Part shown: in pieces, positions 30,101-38,600 of the stretch | How positions within the stretch are numbered: the first letter of the stretch is position 1 | Layout: every line of letters starts with the position of its first letter | NCBI GenBank assembly: GCA_007695365.1 | Contig: REDV01000092.1 | Span: forward strand, 4,844-68,843 | Origin: Cryomorphaceae bacterium | GTDB lineage: Bacteria; Bacteroidota; Bacteroidia; Flavobacteriales_D; SKUL01 | Direction: 5' to 3' | DNA length: 64,000 nucleotides | The notes under the pieces: generated by a model | Database searches by the model: none | What the model was told of the DNA's origin: nothing | What the model saw: the letters and a program-made list of their open reading frames with translations, nothing else | Program-made: the position numbers and the translations under genes

Positions 30101-30709
30101 AGGGTCGGTGCCGCCTGCACCGCCATTGCCCAGCGATCCTGCCTGCCCGGCGTTACCACTGGCAATCCAGGGAGGACCCCCGTTTCCGCCGGCATTTACG
30201 CTTGCGCCAAAACCACCCTGACCAAACGGGCTGTTTCCATTTGTTCCGTTGGGACACCCACCTACACCGGCCACAGCGTTGGTGTTACCTCCACCCATGC
30301 CGCCTCCGCCGCCAGCAACAATTACCCGGTTGCCCAGCGCATAAGGTTCAATTCTCACGTCCGATGCTCCGCCACCACCACAGGCAATATTGCCCGCACC
30401 ATTGGCATTCGCCCCAAAACCGCCACCATTCCAGCCTGAGGCCGGACAGGCTCCCTGACCTCCCACATACACCTGAAGCACTTGCCCGGGAGTTACGGCG
30501 ATGGTGGCTGTTACCACTGCACCATTACCGCCATTACCGCCACCACCCTGCGCGCCGGCTGCCACCACCTCAATCTCATTCACACACGGAGGCACAGTGT
30601 AGGTCTGCACGCTGCCGGTAAAGTTGAAGGTTGTGGTATTTTGAGCCAACAGCAGGTTCACTGCCAAAATCAATGGCAGTAAAAACAGGAAACGAAGATG
30701 CTGATTCAT
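27194..30709 (-). CDS. large surface protein: glycine-rich N-domain, Ig-like repeats, eight Cys-bracketed repeats, PKD-like domain, T9SS type B (gliding-motility) CTD
   Basis: Signal peptide. C-terminal VVYIPNAFSPNGDGINDLFFV...MRIFNRWGQLVF...GTVTVLR is the type B sorting domain (TIGR04131-like). Confidence 0.88.
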   Translation of the reverse strand: MNQHLRFLFLLPLILAVNLLLAQNTTTFNFTGSVQTYTVPPCVNEIEVVAAGAQGGGGNGGNGAVVTATIAVTPGQVLQVYVGGQGACPASGWNGGGFGANANGAGNIACGGGGASDVRIEPYALGNRVIVAGGGGGMGGGNTNAVAGVGGCPNGTNGNSPFGQGGFGASVNAGGNGGPPWIASGNAGQAGSLGNGGAGGTDPCHNVGPGGGGGGGLYGGGGGGSDCFASGTLGGGAGGGGSSLIPAGGGCSQGTNSGHGYVTITPVGLGLELVVEPASAIICEGESITITASGADEYTWEPAIGLDTTTGPVVVASPEETQTYLLTGENEECSDTVSVTVTVISLPEISVIPTEPGICPGESITLTASGAETYTWSPATGLSATEGASVEASPAATQTYSVVGAIGTCENETEVTVSLNDVPVVTFEPEDPKLCIDGSVEITASGGVAYEWSPATGLNVNNEATVIASPAQSTTYSVTVTDENGCSETAELTATVLPDPDVDAGTDLEICPNTGIALNGSSQTAELFSWTPEDSLDDPTSPTPIASPGQTTTYTLTVTDENGCTASDEVTISVIDQNFETITEAVICEGESYTLPDGTTTSQEGAYETMFTSVLGCDSLVITNLTVGLVYDLNEAVSICEGESYTLPNGNTVSQAGNYISELQTVLECDSVITTTVTVHPLESTLIEAVICEGETYTLPDGSATEVSGQFVFDLFTQFGCDSTVTVNLDVIETIAVSIEASICDNQNYTLPDGEVVNQTGTYTAAAGSGLCDTLYTIELIVFPTFVTNLNPVICAGEQYTMPDGSLVSQSGNYTFNFTSVHGCDSTVQVTLTVHPTSEVNIPVGICPGESYTLPDGTEISEAGSYPQMYSNIFGCDSTVLYNLAIFPEYNIDQTIIVCDNQTYIGPDGSAISQDGFYVLEFTSVHGCDSIINLTISIAPTFSATVIDSICSGEQYVTFKGQIITQSGTYADVFQTPSGCDSIYYFEITVLPSPKSRFTASPRVASIYDGPVQFFNESIGHTSFVWDFHEFGTSTENDPVIEFADKPGFYPVCLYTWNEWGCSDIGCAEFEVREEFVVYIPNAFSPNGDGINDLFFVQGEDIDPDHFSMRIFNRWGQLVFSTDNLFEKWNGSHLGTSSHFVHDEVYVVKVIAQSASTQEVREFVGTVTVLR
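27728..28957 (-). repeat. eight tandem 47 to 53 aa repeats, consensus (I)C-x-G-E-x-Y-T-L-P-D-G-x6-G-x-Y-x8-GCDS-x6-L-x-V
   Basis: Counted in the translation, aa 585..994. Confidence 0.85.
29912..30631 (-). other. glycine-rich domain (about 240 aa, roughly 45% Gly) of the 1171-aa surface protein
   Basis: FNFTGSVQTYTVPPCVNEIEVVAAGAQGGGGNGGNG...GGGGGGGLYGGGGGGSD...GHGYVTITPV. Confidence 0.7.
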
Positions 30710-30987
30710 TTGGTTATGTGCAGGTTAGCCGCTTTTGGCTTGAGGTTCCAAGAGGCGCATGCGTTTCATCTCGTCAAACAAGGCAGTTTTACCCCCGCTT
30801 CACAAGGATGATGTTCGCACCTCTAAGACTCTTTAACCATATAAGCGTTGCCTCTGCAAGGATACTAAAATAATTTGTAGCGGTATGACGGCTTGTTAAC
30901 GTGAACGCTACATTTTGGAATTAAATTTTTGAGAGCAAGGTGCCGTTTGGTGGGTGAACCTTGGTCATTTTTTCCGAGCTTTGTGGG

Positions 30988-32097
30988 GTGTATCTCCAAA
31001 GCCTGCAACTTGTAAACTTTAAGAACTGTCCGTCTGGAACTTTCAGCTTTGAGCCGGGTGTGAACTGCTTTGTGGGCGAGAATGGTGCCGGAAAGACCAA
31101 CCTGCTGGATGCCATCTATTACCTGTCACACTGTAAGAGCTACTTCAATCCTGTTGATTCTCAAAACATTTACCACGATGCGCCTTTCTTTGTGGTGGAG
31201 GGTAGTTTTGTACTGAATAACGTAGAAGACACGGTGTATTGCGGTGTAAAGCGAGGGCAGAAAAAAGTTTTCAAGCGGGGAGGTAAGGAATATTCGCGAC
31301 TGAGTGAGCACATTGGCAGGTATCCTGTGGTTATCGTATCCCCTTATGACAAGGATCTGGTATATGAAGGAAGCGATGTGCGAAGAAAGTTTATGGACGG
31401 AATTCTGGCTCAGTTTAACAGCCTTTACCTCGATTCATTGATTCAGTACAACAAAGCCTTACAGCAGCGAAATGCCCTGCTTAAGTATTTCTGGGAGAAC
31501 CGTCGCTTTGACTTGGAAAGTCTGGAGGTTTGGGATCAACAGTTGATTGAAACCGGGACTGTTCTTTACGAAGCTCGTCGTGCTTTTATGGAAGCCTTTA
31601 CGCCTGTTTTCAACCAAATTCATGAAAGAATCAGTGGTGGAAAAGAAGATGTTACGCTGGAGTATGATTCACAACTTCATGATGATTCATTTGAAGACTT
31701 GCTCGAATTACACAGGGATCAGGACAAGCAGCGGCAGCATTCTACTGCCGGGTTGCACAAAGACGATTTGCGCCTGAATATTGACGGTCATCCGCTCAAG
31801 AAATTTGGTTCTCAAGGACAGCAGAAAACCTTTTTAATTGCGTTAAAGCTGGCCCAATTTGCGTTTATCGCTGAAAAGAAAGATTGTAAGCCCATTTTGT
31901 TGCTGGATGATGTGTTCGATAAGATTGACGATCACCGCGTGCGCCACCTGATGGAGCTTGTGTCTGAAAACAATTTCGGGCAGATTTTCGTGACAGATAC
32001 GGATTTGAAGAGGGTCCCGGGCATTTTTGAGGCCATTGGCGCACCTGGAAAAGTGTTTGAACTTCAAAAAGAATCGAAGCATGTCGAAGTTCAGTAG
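30988..32097 (+). CDS. recF: DNA replication and repair protein RecF
   Basis: A GTG start gives MYLQSLQLVNFKN. Walker A GENGAGKTN, signature SQGQQKT, and Walker B LLLDDVFDKID. Confidence 0.9.
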   Translation: MYLQSLQLVNFKNCPSGTFSFEPGVNCFVGENGAGKTNLLDAIYYLSHCKSYFNPVDSQNIYHDAPFFVVEGSFVLNNVEDTVYCGVKRGQKKVFKRGGKEYSRLSEHIGRYPVVIVSPYDKDLVYEGSDVRRKFMDGILAQFNSLYLDSLIQYNKALQQRNALLKYFWENRRFDLESLEVWDQQLIETGTVLYEARRAFMEAFTPVFNQIHERISGGKEDVTLEYDSQLHDDSFEDLLELHRDQDKQRQHSTAGLHKDDLRLNIDGHPLKKFGSQGQQKTFLIALKLAQFAFIAEKKDCKPILLLDDVFDKIDDHRVRHLMELVSENNFGQIFVTDTDLKRVPGIFEAIGAPGKVFELQKESKHVEVQ

Positions 32098-32377
32098 TAA
32101 CGAGCACACTCTGAAGGATGCCATTCAACGGCTGCTGAAAACCTATGAACTGGAGCAGGGGCTTGATGAAGCGGGTATCGTAGCCTCCTGGGAAGAAGTG
32201 GTTGGAGCCCCCATCGCACGCAAAACAAACGAGCTGTTTTTCAGAGGGAGAACCCTCGTAATACGTTTGGATTCCTCCGCGCTACGACATGAACTGAGTA
32301 TGCAGAAAGAGCAACTACGCACCCTGCTCAATGAGCACGCAGGCAAAGAAGTGGTGAAAGCCATTGATATTCGATAG
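32081..32377 (+). CDS. DUF721 domain protein
   Basis: MSKFSSNEHTLKDAIQRLLKTY...WEEVVG...L.V...S.ALRHEL. Standard partner downstream of recF, with a 17-nt overlap. Confidence 0.75.
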   Translation: MSKFSSNEHTLKDAIQRLLKTYELEQGLDEAGIVASWEEVVGAPIARKTNELFFRGRTLVIRLDSSALRHELSMQKEQLRTLLNEHAGKEVVKAIDIR

Positions 32378-32477
32378 TTGCTGCCGCTTACGTACCTATT
32401 TTTCCGGTGATGTAGCCTTCATCAAATTATAAACGCCATTTTGTACCTTGCGGCGAACCAAAACCTCAGGATTAGTT

Positions 32478-33803
32478 ATGAGAATACCATTACTCATGGG
32501 GCTTGCAGTGATGACTCTTTCGGTCACTACATCCGCCCAGCAAGACCAAAACTACACACCGTGTGCGCACGATCACTGGCTGCATCACATACGCCAGCAC
32601 AAACCCGAAAAGGCCGCTGCCATTGATGAGTTTTACCGCTATGCAGTTCAAAAAAGTCAAACATCTCAGAGGGATGATGAGGTATATACCGTGCCGGTGG
32701 TGTTTCACGTGGTGTACAACAATGCCGAACAGAATTTACACGATTCGGTGATTCATTCTCAAATAGAGGTGCTCAATGAAGACTACCGCCGCATGAATGC
32801 AGACGCAGATCTTACCCGCGATATTTTTCTGCCTGTTGCCGGAGATGTGGGCATTGAATTTCAACTCGCGGAAGTCGATCCCAGCGGAAATCCAACCGAT
32901 GGAATTGTTAGGGTAGAGACCAATCGGGCTGGTTTTTCGCTCGACCTGTTTGGAGCTGAAAACACCCTCGATGAGGTGAAGTTTGCCGCAACGGGTGGTA
33001 GCGATGCATGGGATACCGAGCATTACCTTAATATATGGGTGTGCAACATTGAAGGTGGTTTGTTTGGGCAGATATTCGGTCTTGCCTATCCGCCCGATGG
33101 CGTTCCCAATTGGCCGGATGGAGCAGCGGAGCCCTCGCCCGACGTATCGGGTGTTATAGTGCACTTCACCACAGTGGGTCGAAACAATCCCAGTGCAGAT
33201 CTGGATGGAGTTCCCTACAACAACCTGGGGCGTACTTGCACCCATGAGGTGGGCCATTACTTTGGTTTGCGTCATACGTGGGGCGATGCACTTCCTCTGT
33301 TTGGAGATGGCTGTGCTGAAGATGACGGACTTGACGATACGCCAAATTGTTTTGGACCCGATAATCAGGCATGTAACTACAGCGCGAACACATGTCCAGA
33401 AGATCCGCTGCCAGACATGATTGAGAATTACATGGATTACAGCCGGGATAATTGCATGAACATATTTACCCAGCAGCAAGTAGAAATCATGCGTTTGGCA
33501 CTCACCGAATTTCGACCAGGATTGATTGCTTCACCTGCTTTGAGTGTGCGGGAGAACCCACTTGACCATACTTTGAAAATGTATCCCAATCCGGCCAAAG
33601 AGTGGTTGGTAATAGAACAAATTGGCGATATCCCCGTGCAAAGGGTTGAGGTGTACGATGCGCTCGGGAGGTTGATCAACGACCACGACCGAATCAATCT
33701 CACACGTGTAGAGTTGCCACTGGGGGCTCTGGCGCCCGGCAATTATTTAGTGCGCATCCATGCAGGTGAGCACTTTACAACGCGAAGTCTGATGAAATAC
33801 TAG
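32478..33803 (+). CDS. M43 (pappalysin-like) zinc metalloprotease with T9SS type A CTD
   Basis: Signal peptide MRIPLLMGLAVMTLSVTTSAQ, zinc site HEVGHYFGLRHTWGD, and a C-terminal YPNPAKEWLVIEQ...YLVRIHAGEHFTTRSLMKY. Confidence 0.88.
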   Translation: MRIPLLMGLAVMTLSVTTSAQQDQNYTPCAHDHWLHHIRQHKPEKAAAIDEFYRYAVQKSQTSQRDDEVYTVPVVFHVVYNNAEQNLHDSVIHSQIEVLNEDYRRMNADADLTRDIFLPVAGDVGIEFQLAEVDPSGNPTDGIVRVETNRAGFSLDLFGAENTLDEVKFAATGGSDAWDTEHYLNIWVCNIEGGLFGQIFGLAYPPDGVPNWPDGAAEPSPDVSGVIVHFTTVGRNNPSADLDGVPYNNLGRTCTHEVGHYFGLRHTWGDALPLFGDGCAEDDGLDDTPNCFGPDNQACNYSANTCPEDPLPDMIENYMDYSRDNCMNIFTQQQVEIMRLALTEFRPGLIASPALSVRENPLDHTLKMYPNPAKEWLVIEQIGDIPVQRVEVYDALGRLINDHDRINLTRVELPLGALAPGNYLVRIHAGEHFTTRSLMKY

Positions 33804-33831
33804 GGGCTGAGTTTAACCTGCAAGTGCCCCG

Positions 33832-33857
33832 GGCGACCTCTTGGTCGCCTTTTTTTT
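33832..33857 (+). terminator. intrinsic terminator after the M43 protease gene
   Basis: GGCGACC-ucuu-GGUCGCC followed by U8. Confidence 0.8.
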
Positions 33858-33923
33858 GCGTGGAAGCTCTGCGGATATCAAATTGCTCAGGTTTCTTTAC
33901 CTTGTTGCACCAAACTTCAAAGC

Positions 33924-34451
33924 ATGCACCAATCAATTGCTCCTCACTGGGAGAAGCTTACCCTTCTTAAAAACGAATGGATTGCTCAATTGGAAACCCT
34001 GCCTCAGGAGACTTGCTCGGCCCGGCTGGCTCAGGGGTGGAATATTCTGCAGGTTGTTGAGCACGTTATCACTTCCGAAACAGGTACATTGGGCTACATG
34101 AAAAAGAAAACAGCCGCCCCGTGGAGTGAAATACCATTGGCAAACGAAAATCATGTATCGAAAGGCAGGCAACTGAATGAAGCACTTAAATCTGAAAAAC
34201 GCTGGAAGGCCCCGGATGTGCTTCCGGATCCTACCGGGTCACAATCATTTGATAATATGGCGAAGTATTGGGATGGATTGCGTGGAGAGTATCAAGGATT
34301 CCTAAGCGACCTCGATCCTGCCTATTTCGAAAGAACCATCTTCAGACACCCCTATTCAGGCCCACTCGATTTGTACCATACACTGGATTTTCTGTGTAAC
34401 CACATTCTTCACCATCAGTATCAGGTAGAGAGGATTAAGGTGATGCTTTGA
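33924..34451 (+). CDS. DinB family protein
   Basis: 175 aa four-helix type. Has the conserved His pattern (VEHVITSE..., LCNHILHHQYQ). Confidence 0.75.
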   Translation: MHQSIAPHWEKLTLLKNEWIAQLETLPQETCSARLAQGWNILQVVEHVITSETGTLGYMKKKTAAPWSEIPLANENHVSKGRQLNEALKSEKRWKAPDVLPDPTGSQSFDNMAKYWDGLRGEYQGFLSDLDPAYFERTIFRHPYSGPLDLYHTLDFLCNHILHHQYQVERIKVML

Positions 34452-34485
34452 GCGGGTGCGCCGAACCTCACCACACTTATGAACT

Positions 34486-34570
34486 ATTGTTGACAACATA
34501 TGTTCAAACAATGTGAAAAACATCCATACGAAAAGTTTGCCTGGCCGAGGTTTTATACTGTCCTTTGACA
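34486..34570 (+). promoter_or_regulatory. upstream module copy 1: imperfect dyad ATTGTTGA-N9-TTCAAACAAT, ATGTGAAAA, AAAAGTTTG (-33-like), CCTTTGACA (-7-like TTTG)
   Basis: Same ordered blocks as 35018..35113. The two TTTG boxes are spaced 20 to 21 nt from the expected TAnn position, as in Bacteroidota sigma-A promoters. Confidence 0.4.
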
Positions 34571-34573
34571 CGC

Positions 34574-34952
34574 AAGTCAACGGATTTGTTGTCGGTTTTT
34601 CAAACCAGTTGAGTGTTTTGACATCGTGCCTTCTCAAGGGAAGGAACACCACGGAGGCAACTCCTGAAGTGAAGATGCTGCCCGGTGTAAGTCGGGTGAG
34701 TTGCAAGTTCGGTTCGCCGAAAAAGCAAAGTAACATTTGCGATTGCAGCGAAAGGAGCAGGGTTCGCAAGAACCTGTTCGCATACATGTCTTCGGACATT
34801 GGCGAAAGGCTTCAAAACACAACGCCAGATACGTAGAACTTCGGTTGGACGTTGAAGACAGTAGAAAAGATGATTTGTTCACTTTGCAAACTACGGTTTG
34901 CATGAGTGATGCGGGAGTCCGTTTCTTACGATTCGGACTCCCGTTTTTTTTT
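34574..34952 (+). ncRNA. candidate structured ncRNA A (about 380 nt, unassigned family)
   Basis: No credible ORF. Tetraloop hairpins: 34653..34664 GGAG-GCAA-CUCC; 34758..34776 with a GCAA loop; 34786..34799 AUGUC-UUCG-GACAU; 34832..34851 with a UUCG loop; 34886..34901 GCAAAC-UACG-GUUUGC. Ends in the terminator at 34912..34952. Confidence 0.45.
34912..34952 (+). terminator. strong intrinsic terminator
   Basis: CGGGAGUCCG-12 nt loop-CGGACUCCCG followed by U9. Confidence 0.85.
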
Positions 34953-35017
34953 GTCCGTTTTCGTCCATTACAAGAGTATAGTTGCTTGTTTTTAGCAGGC
35001 GGGAACAGGACCATTGA

Positions 35018-35113
35018 GTTGTTGACAATTGTTCATAACTCATGTGAAAACGAAGTGCAAAAACTCCAAAAGAAAAGTTTGGTAACTGGGCAGTAATTTC
35101 CCCACCTTTGACA
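35018..35113 (+). promoter_or_regulatory. upstream module copy 2: dyad GAGTTGTTGAC-N4-GTTCATAACTC, ATGTGAAAA, AAAAGTTTG, CCTTTGACA
   Basis: Block-for-block similarity to 34486..34570, about 532 bp downstream of copy 1. Confidence 0.4.
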
Positions 35114-35116
35114 TGT

Positions 35117-35570
35117 CAAACGAGAGATAGAAGCCGGTCGAACGAGATCGGAAACTCTGAAAAGGCAGGTGCAAACGGAAAGTCCTCCTCGCGGTTGCGG
35201 TTTTCTGTGCAAGGTTGAGTTCGGCAACGACTCAATGTCCTGTGGGAATGAGTAGCGAAACACAAGACTCACTTACTTCGGTGGCTGAGTTGAAAGGGAG
35301 TTAAATCCCCGTTGCGTTGCGAAGTTTCGTTCGTGAAAGCGACGAAGCATGTTCCCGGCGAAGCACACCAAGTTGAATATCCTCAGGGATGCTCATTGTG
35401 TGGTGTGTGTACCACGATGCAAATCGTCGCCGGTTTCAGAGTAGAATGGAAAGAGGCTTCCGGGCCGAATTCCGGGCTTCGAACGGTAGTTTGAAATCAG
35501 GTTGCGCTACGGTGCAGCCACGATTAACGGGAGCTATTTCGCAAGAAGTGGCTCCCGTTACTGTTTTATG
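35117..35570 (+). ncRNA. candidate structured ncRNA B (about 450 nt, unassigned family)
   Basis: Hairpins: 35134..35151; 35215..35235 (8 bp with a GCAA loop); 35267..35290 (UUCG loop); 35504..35515 (UACG loop). A long terminal hairpin at 35526..35559, AACGGGAGC...GCAA...GCUCCCGUU, is followed by ACUGUUUUA. Confidence 0.4.
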
Positions 35571-35617
35571 GAGTTAGCGAATAGGAAGAAAATTCAATCT
35601 GGTGGATGGCTGTGGGG

Positions 35618-38600
35618 CTATCGCAACACTGTAATGCTGCCCCTGAACTCATAGGTTTCAAGCGTAGCTGTGGAACCCACTTGCAGGTGATACACGTACA
35701 CTTCGTCCTGAGCATAGTATTTCCCAGATGTATCGCTCCCGTTCCATTTCAGTTCAGGATCGCTCGATTCAAAAACCAATTGCCCCCAGCGGTTGAAAAT
35801 GCGCAACCTGAAGTTACCAGGGTCAATACCCAATCCTTCAATGGAAAACAGGTCGTTGATCCCGTCTTCATTGGGTGTAAATGCGTTGGGGATATAGACG
35901 CTAAAATCATCGCGAACCACATAGTTGATGCATCGCTGATCGCTGCATCCCTCTTCCGACCACACCGTCAGGCAAACAGGATACACTCCGGGTTGCTGAT
36001 CAAAGGTGAGTACAGGATTGTTGATGCCAAAAGTACCCCACTCGCCAAAGTCCCACTCAAGTGAGTCGGCATTTAGACTTTGATTAAAAAACTGCACCTG
36101 TTCGTTGTAAATGGTAGATTCTTGAGGAGATGCTCTGAAATCGGCAATTACAGGCGGAAGTACTTCAAGGTGATGATTCACAATGCTGTCGCAGCCATTG
36201 CTGGCAGGAAATATCTGAATGTAGGTGCCGGAGCTGGTGTAGTTGTTCAATCCAATGGTGTAAACGTCACCGTCGCAAATCTCGGCAAAAACATCCGTCA
36301 ATACATTGGGCGTGATAGTGAGCGTAAGTGTAGCACTCACCTCACAACCCCAAACGTTGAAACCTTCGTGCTGATACACCCCACTTTCCGTGTAGGCAGT
36401 TCCAAACCATGTATAGCTGCCGCACGCGCTTATCTCCGAAGTGATGTCTTCTGAGAAGTTAATGGTCAGGTCGAGAATAATGGTGCTGTCGCAGCCTGCT
36501 TCATTGCTCAATACAACCGAATGCACGCCACTTTGCACATAGGTTTCTCCGTTCAGCGGCCAGGTATAACCATCGCACTCTGAAATTTCCAGCACTGTTT
36601 CGCTGGCCTGTAAAACTTCCAAAGTGAGTGTTGCAGGCTCACTACAACCTTCGCCCGAAGGTGTGAACGTGTAAGTTGTTGTTTGCAGATTATTGATGGC
36701 CGGAGACCAGGAGCCAGCTACACCATTTATTGAAGTCACAGGCAGGGCAGGAATATCATCACCTGCACAAAAAGGCCCTTGCACATCGAAAAGAGGTATT
36801 ACGGTTTCTTCTATTTCTATGGTCAATGTTGTGGCAGTAGCACATTCACTCCCGGTAGGGGTAAAAGTGTAGGTGGTTGTTTCTGCATTGTTTAGGGCAG
36901 GAGACCAACTGCCGGAAAATCCGTTCAGGGATGTGGTTGGCAGAGCCGGTATATTCGCACCCTGACAGAAGGGACCCACATCAGCAAATTCAGGTTCTGT
37001 TGGTGCAGCAATCTCGATGGTAAGCGAAGTTTGAGATGCACATTGCCCCGCGCCGGGGGTAAAGGTGTAGCTGGTAGTTGCTGTGTTGTTCACTGCCGGC
37101 GACCAGGTTCCTGTAATTCCATTGTTGGAAGTGGTAGGCAAAGCAGGAATGTCAGCACCCTCGCACCAGGTGTCGGGTTCGTCAAAAAGTGGAGTGGTTT
37201 CGGGGCTAATTATTATATCAACCGTAGTTGACTCTGCGCATTGCCCCGGGTCGGGAGTGAAGGTGTAGGTAGTGGTTGCGGTATTGTTAACGGCAGGAGC
37301 CCATGAGCCGGTAATGCCATCGTTGCTAATAGCGGGCAGAGGGGGAATATCAGAACCCACACAATACGCCGGCGGTGGTGTAAAGGAAGGAGTAGTTTCG
37401 GGCTCAATTTCAATGACAAGCGTTGTATTCACAGCGCACTGATCCGGGTCAGGCGTAAAAGTATAGGTGGTGGTTGCCGTGTTGTTGATGACTGGTGCCC
37501 AGTTGCCGGTAATGCCATTGTTGGAGCTTGTGGGCAAGTCCGGAATATCCGAACCCGTGCAAAAAGGGCCTGCCTCATCGAATACGGGTTCTATTTCGGT
37601 GTCGATTACAACCTCCAAAGTAGTGGTGGTTGCACATTGACCCGCGTTGGGGGTGAAGGTATAGGTAGTGGTTGTTGTGTTGTTCATCGCGGGCGCCCAG
37701 GTTCCGGTAACACCGTTATTAGAGGTGGTTGGCAGCGCAGGGATGTCCGAGCCAAGACAATAAGGCCCTGCAGCACTGAATGCAGGCTCCTGTGCCTCTA
37801 CAATGGTTACAGTGGTCTGGGCAGTCACTTCTTCGCAACTACCAAAAGCCGGTATGGTATAGGTGATGGTGTATGTGCCTCCTGAGCTTTGGTCGGGAGT
37901 AATTTGACCGTTGCCGGGGTTGATGGCAAGGCCGCCCGGTTCGGCTGTGAAGGTGCCGCCTGTAAAGTTTTCAGTGCCTTCCAGAACTACGTCCTGAGGA
38001 GGTGCTTCTGACGCACAGAGTTCGGTGTCGGGATAACTAATAGTGGCGGTAGGGCAGGGATCTACGGTTGCCCCCACAAAATAGGGGCAGTGCAGGCTGT
38101 GCGTGCAGCCAAATGGAACGTTAAAGGTGTAGCAGAAAACATATGAGTTTCCCGGTACTACCGGCGAAAAGGTCAGGCTCGTCAGTGAACCGGTTTGAAT
38201 CGGTGCCCCGCACGTGATGTCGTATAGCGCCCAGGAAAAGTTCGTAACATTTCCCGCGCCGCAATCTGAGGTGATGATGACGTTGAAGCTCACGCTGGTT
38301 ACTGTGGCTGTAAAAGAGTTGCAGAAAGTGTTGAGTGAGCCTGAGGCCAATGGAGGAAAAAACTCAGGAGTTTCACAGTCTTCTACCACTTGTGGAATGG
38401 TGGGCTCAGTTGCATAGCCCAATGCATCGCCGCAAGGATCTTCACAAGTTGGGCAGAGCTGATTGTCGCCACCGCCACCTCCACCCGACAGACAGTTAAC
38501 GCAAGCAGGGTTAGTGGCTGCAATGCCAGCGCAAATAGCATCCCACGTTGTGACGCAACAGAATATGTCAACAGCGCAAACAGCAGTTTGACAAAGTATG

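Noticed and set aside
29744-30621. Pro-rich and Arg/His-rich plus-strand ORFs (29744..30061, 29781..30221, 30013..30621, 30095..30439)
   Set aside because: These are antisense artefacts of the GGN-rich codons of the glycine-rich domain (CCN gives Pro). They have no signal or start context and are mutually overlapping.
32736-33479. Minus-strand ORF of 247 aa
   Set aside because: It is antisense to the M43 metalloprotease, which has the HExxHxxGxxH site and a T9SS CTD.
34541-34558. Sigma-54 promoter (TGG-N8-TT) in both upstream modules
   Set aside because: The -12 element would be TTAT or TTCC rather than TTGC. The conserved GC dinucleotide is missing in copy 1.
35170-35485. Possible RNase P RNA, because of ACGGAAAGUCCUCC (35176..35189) and UUCCGGGCUUCG (35470..35481), which are reminiscent of the P4 strands
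   Set aside because: The universally conserved cores GAGGAAAGUCCGGGC, GGUAAGAGC and ACAGAANCCGGCUUA are not present. The potential P4 pairing is only about 5 bp. I also rejected tmRNA (no GGGG...UUCGA...CCACCA ends or tag ORF) and a B12 or other riboswitch (no downstream gene).
34356-35577. ORFs in the gap: 34513..34836 (+), 34737..35096 (+), 34356..34799 (-), 34634..35014 (-), 35033..35272 (-), 35312..35494 (+) and 35389..35577 (+)
   Set aside because: They overlap each other on both strands, run across a strong terminator or across tetraloop hairpins, and have Cys/Arg/Ser-heavy implausible composition. No family resemblance. An RNA interpretation fits better.
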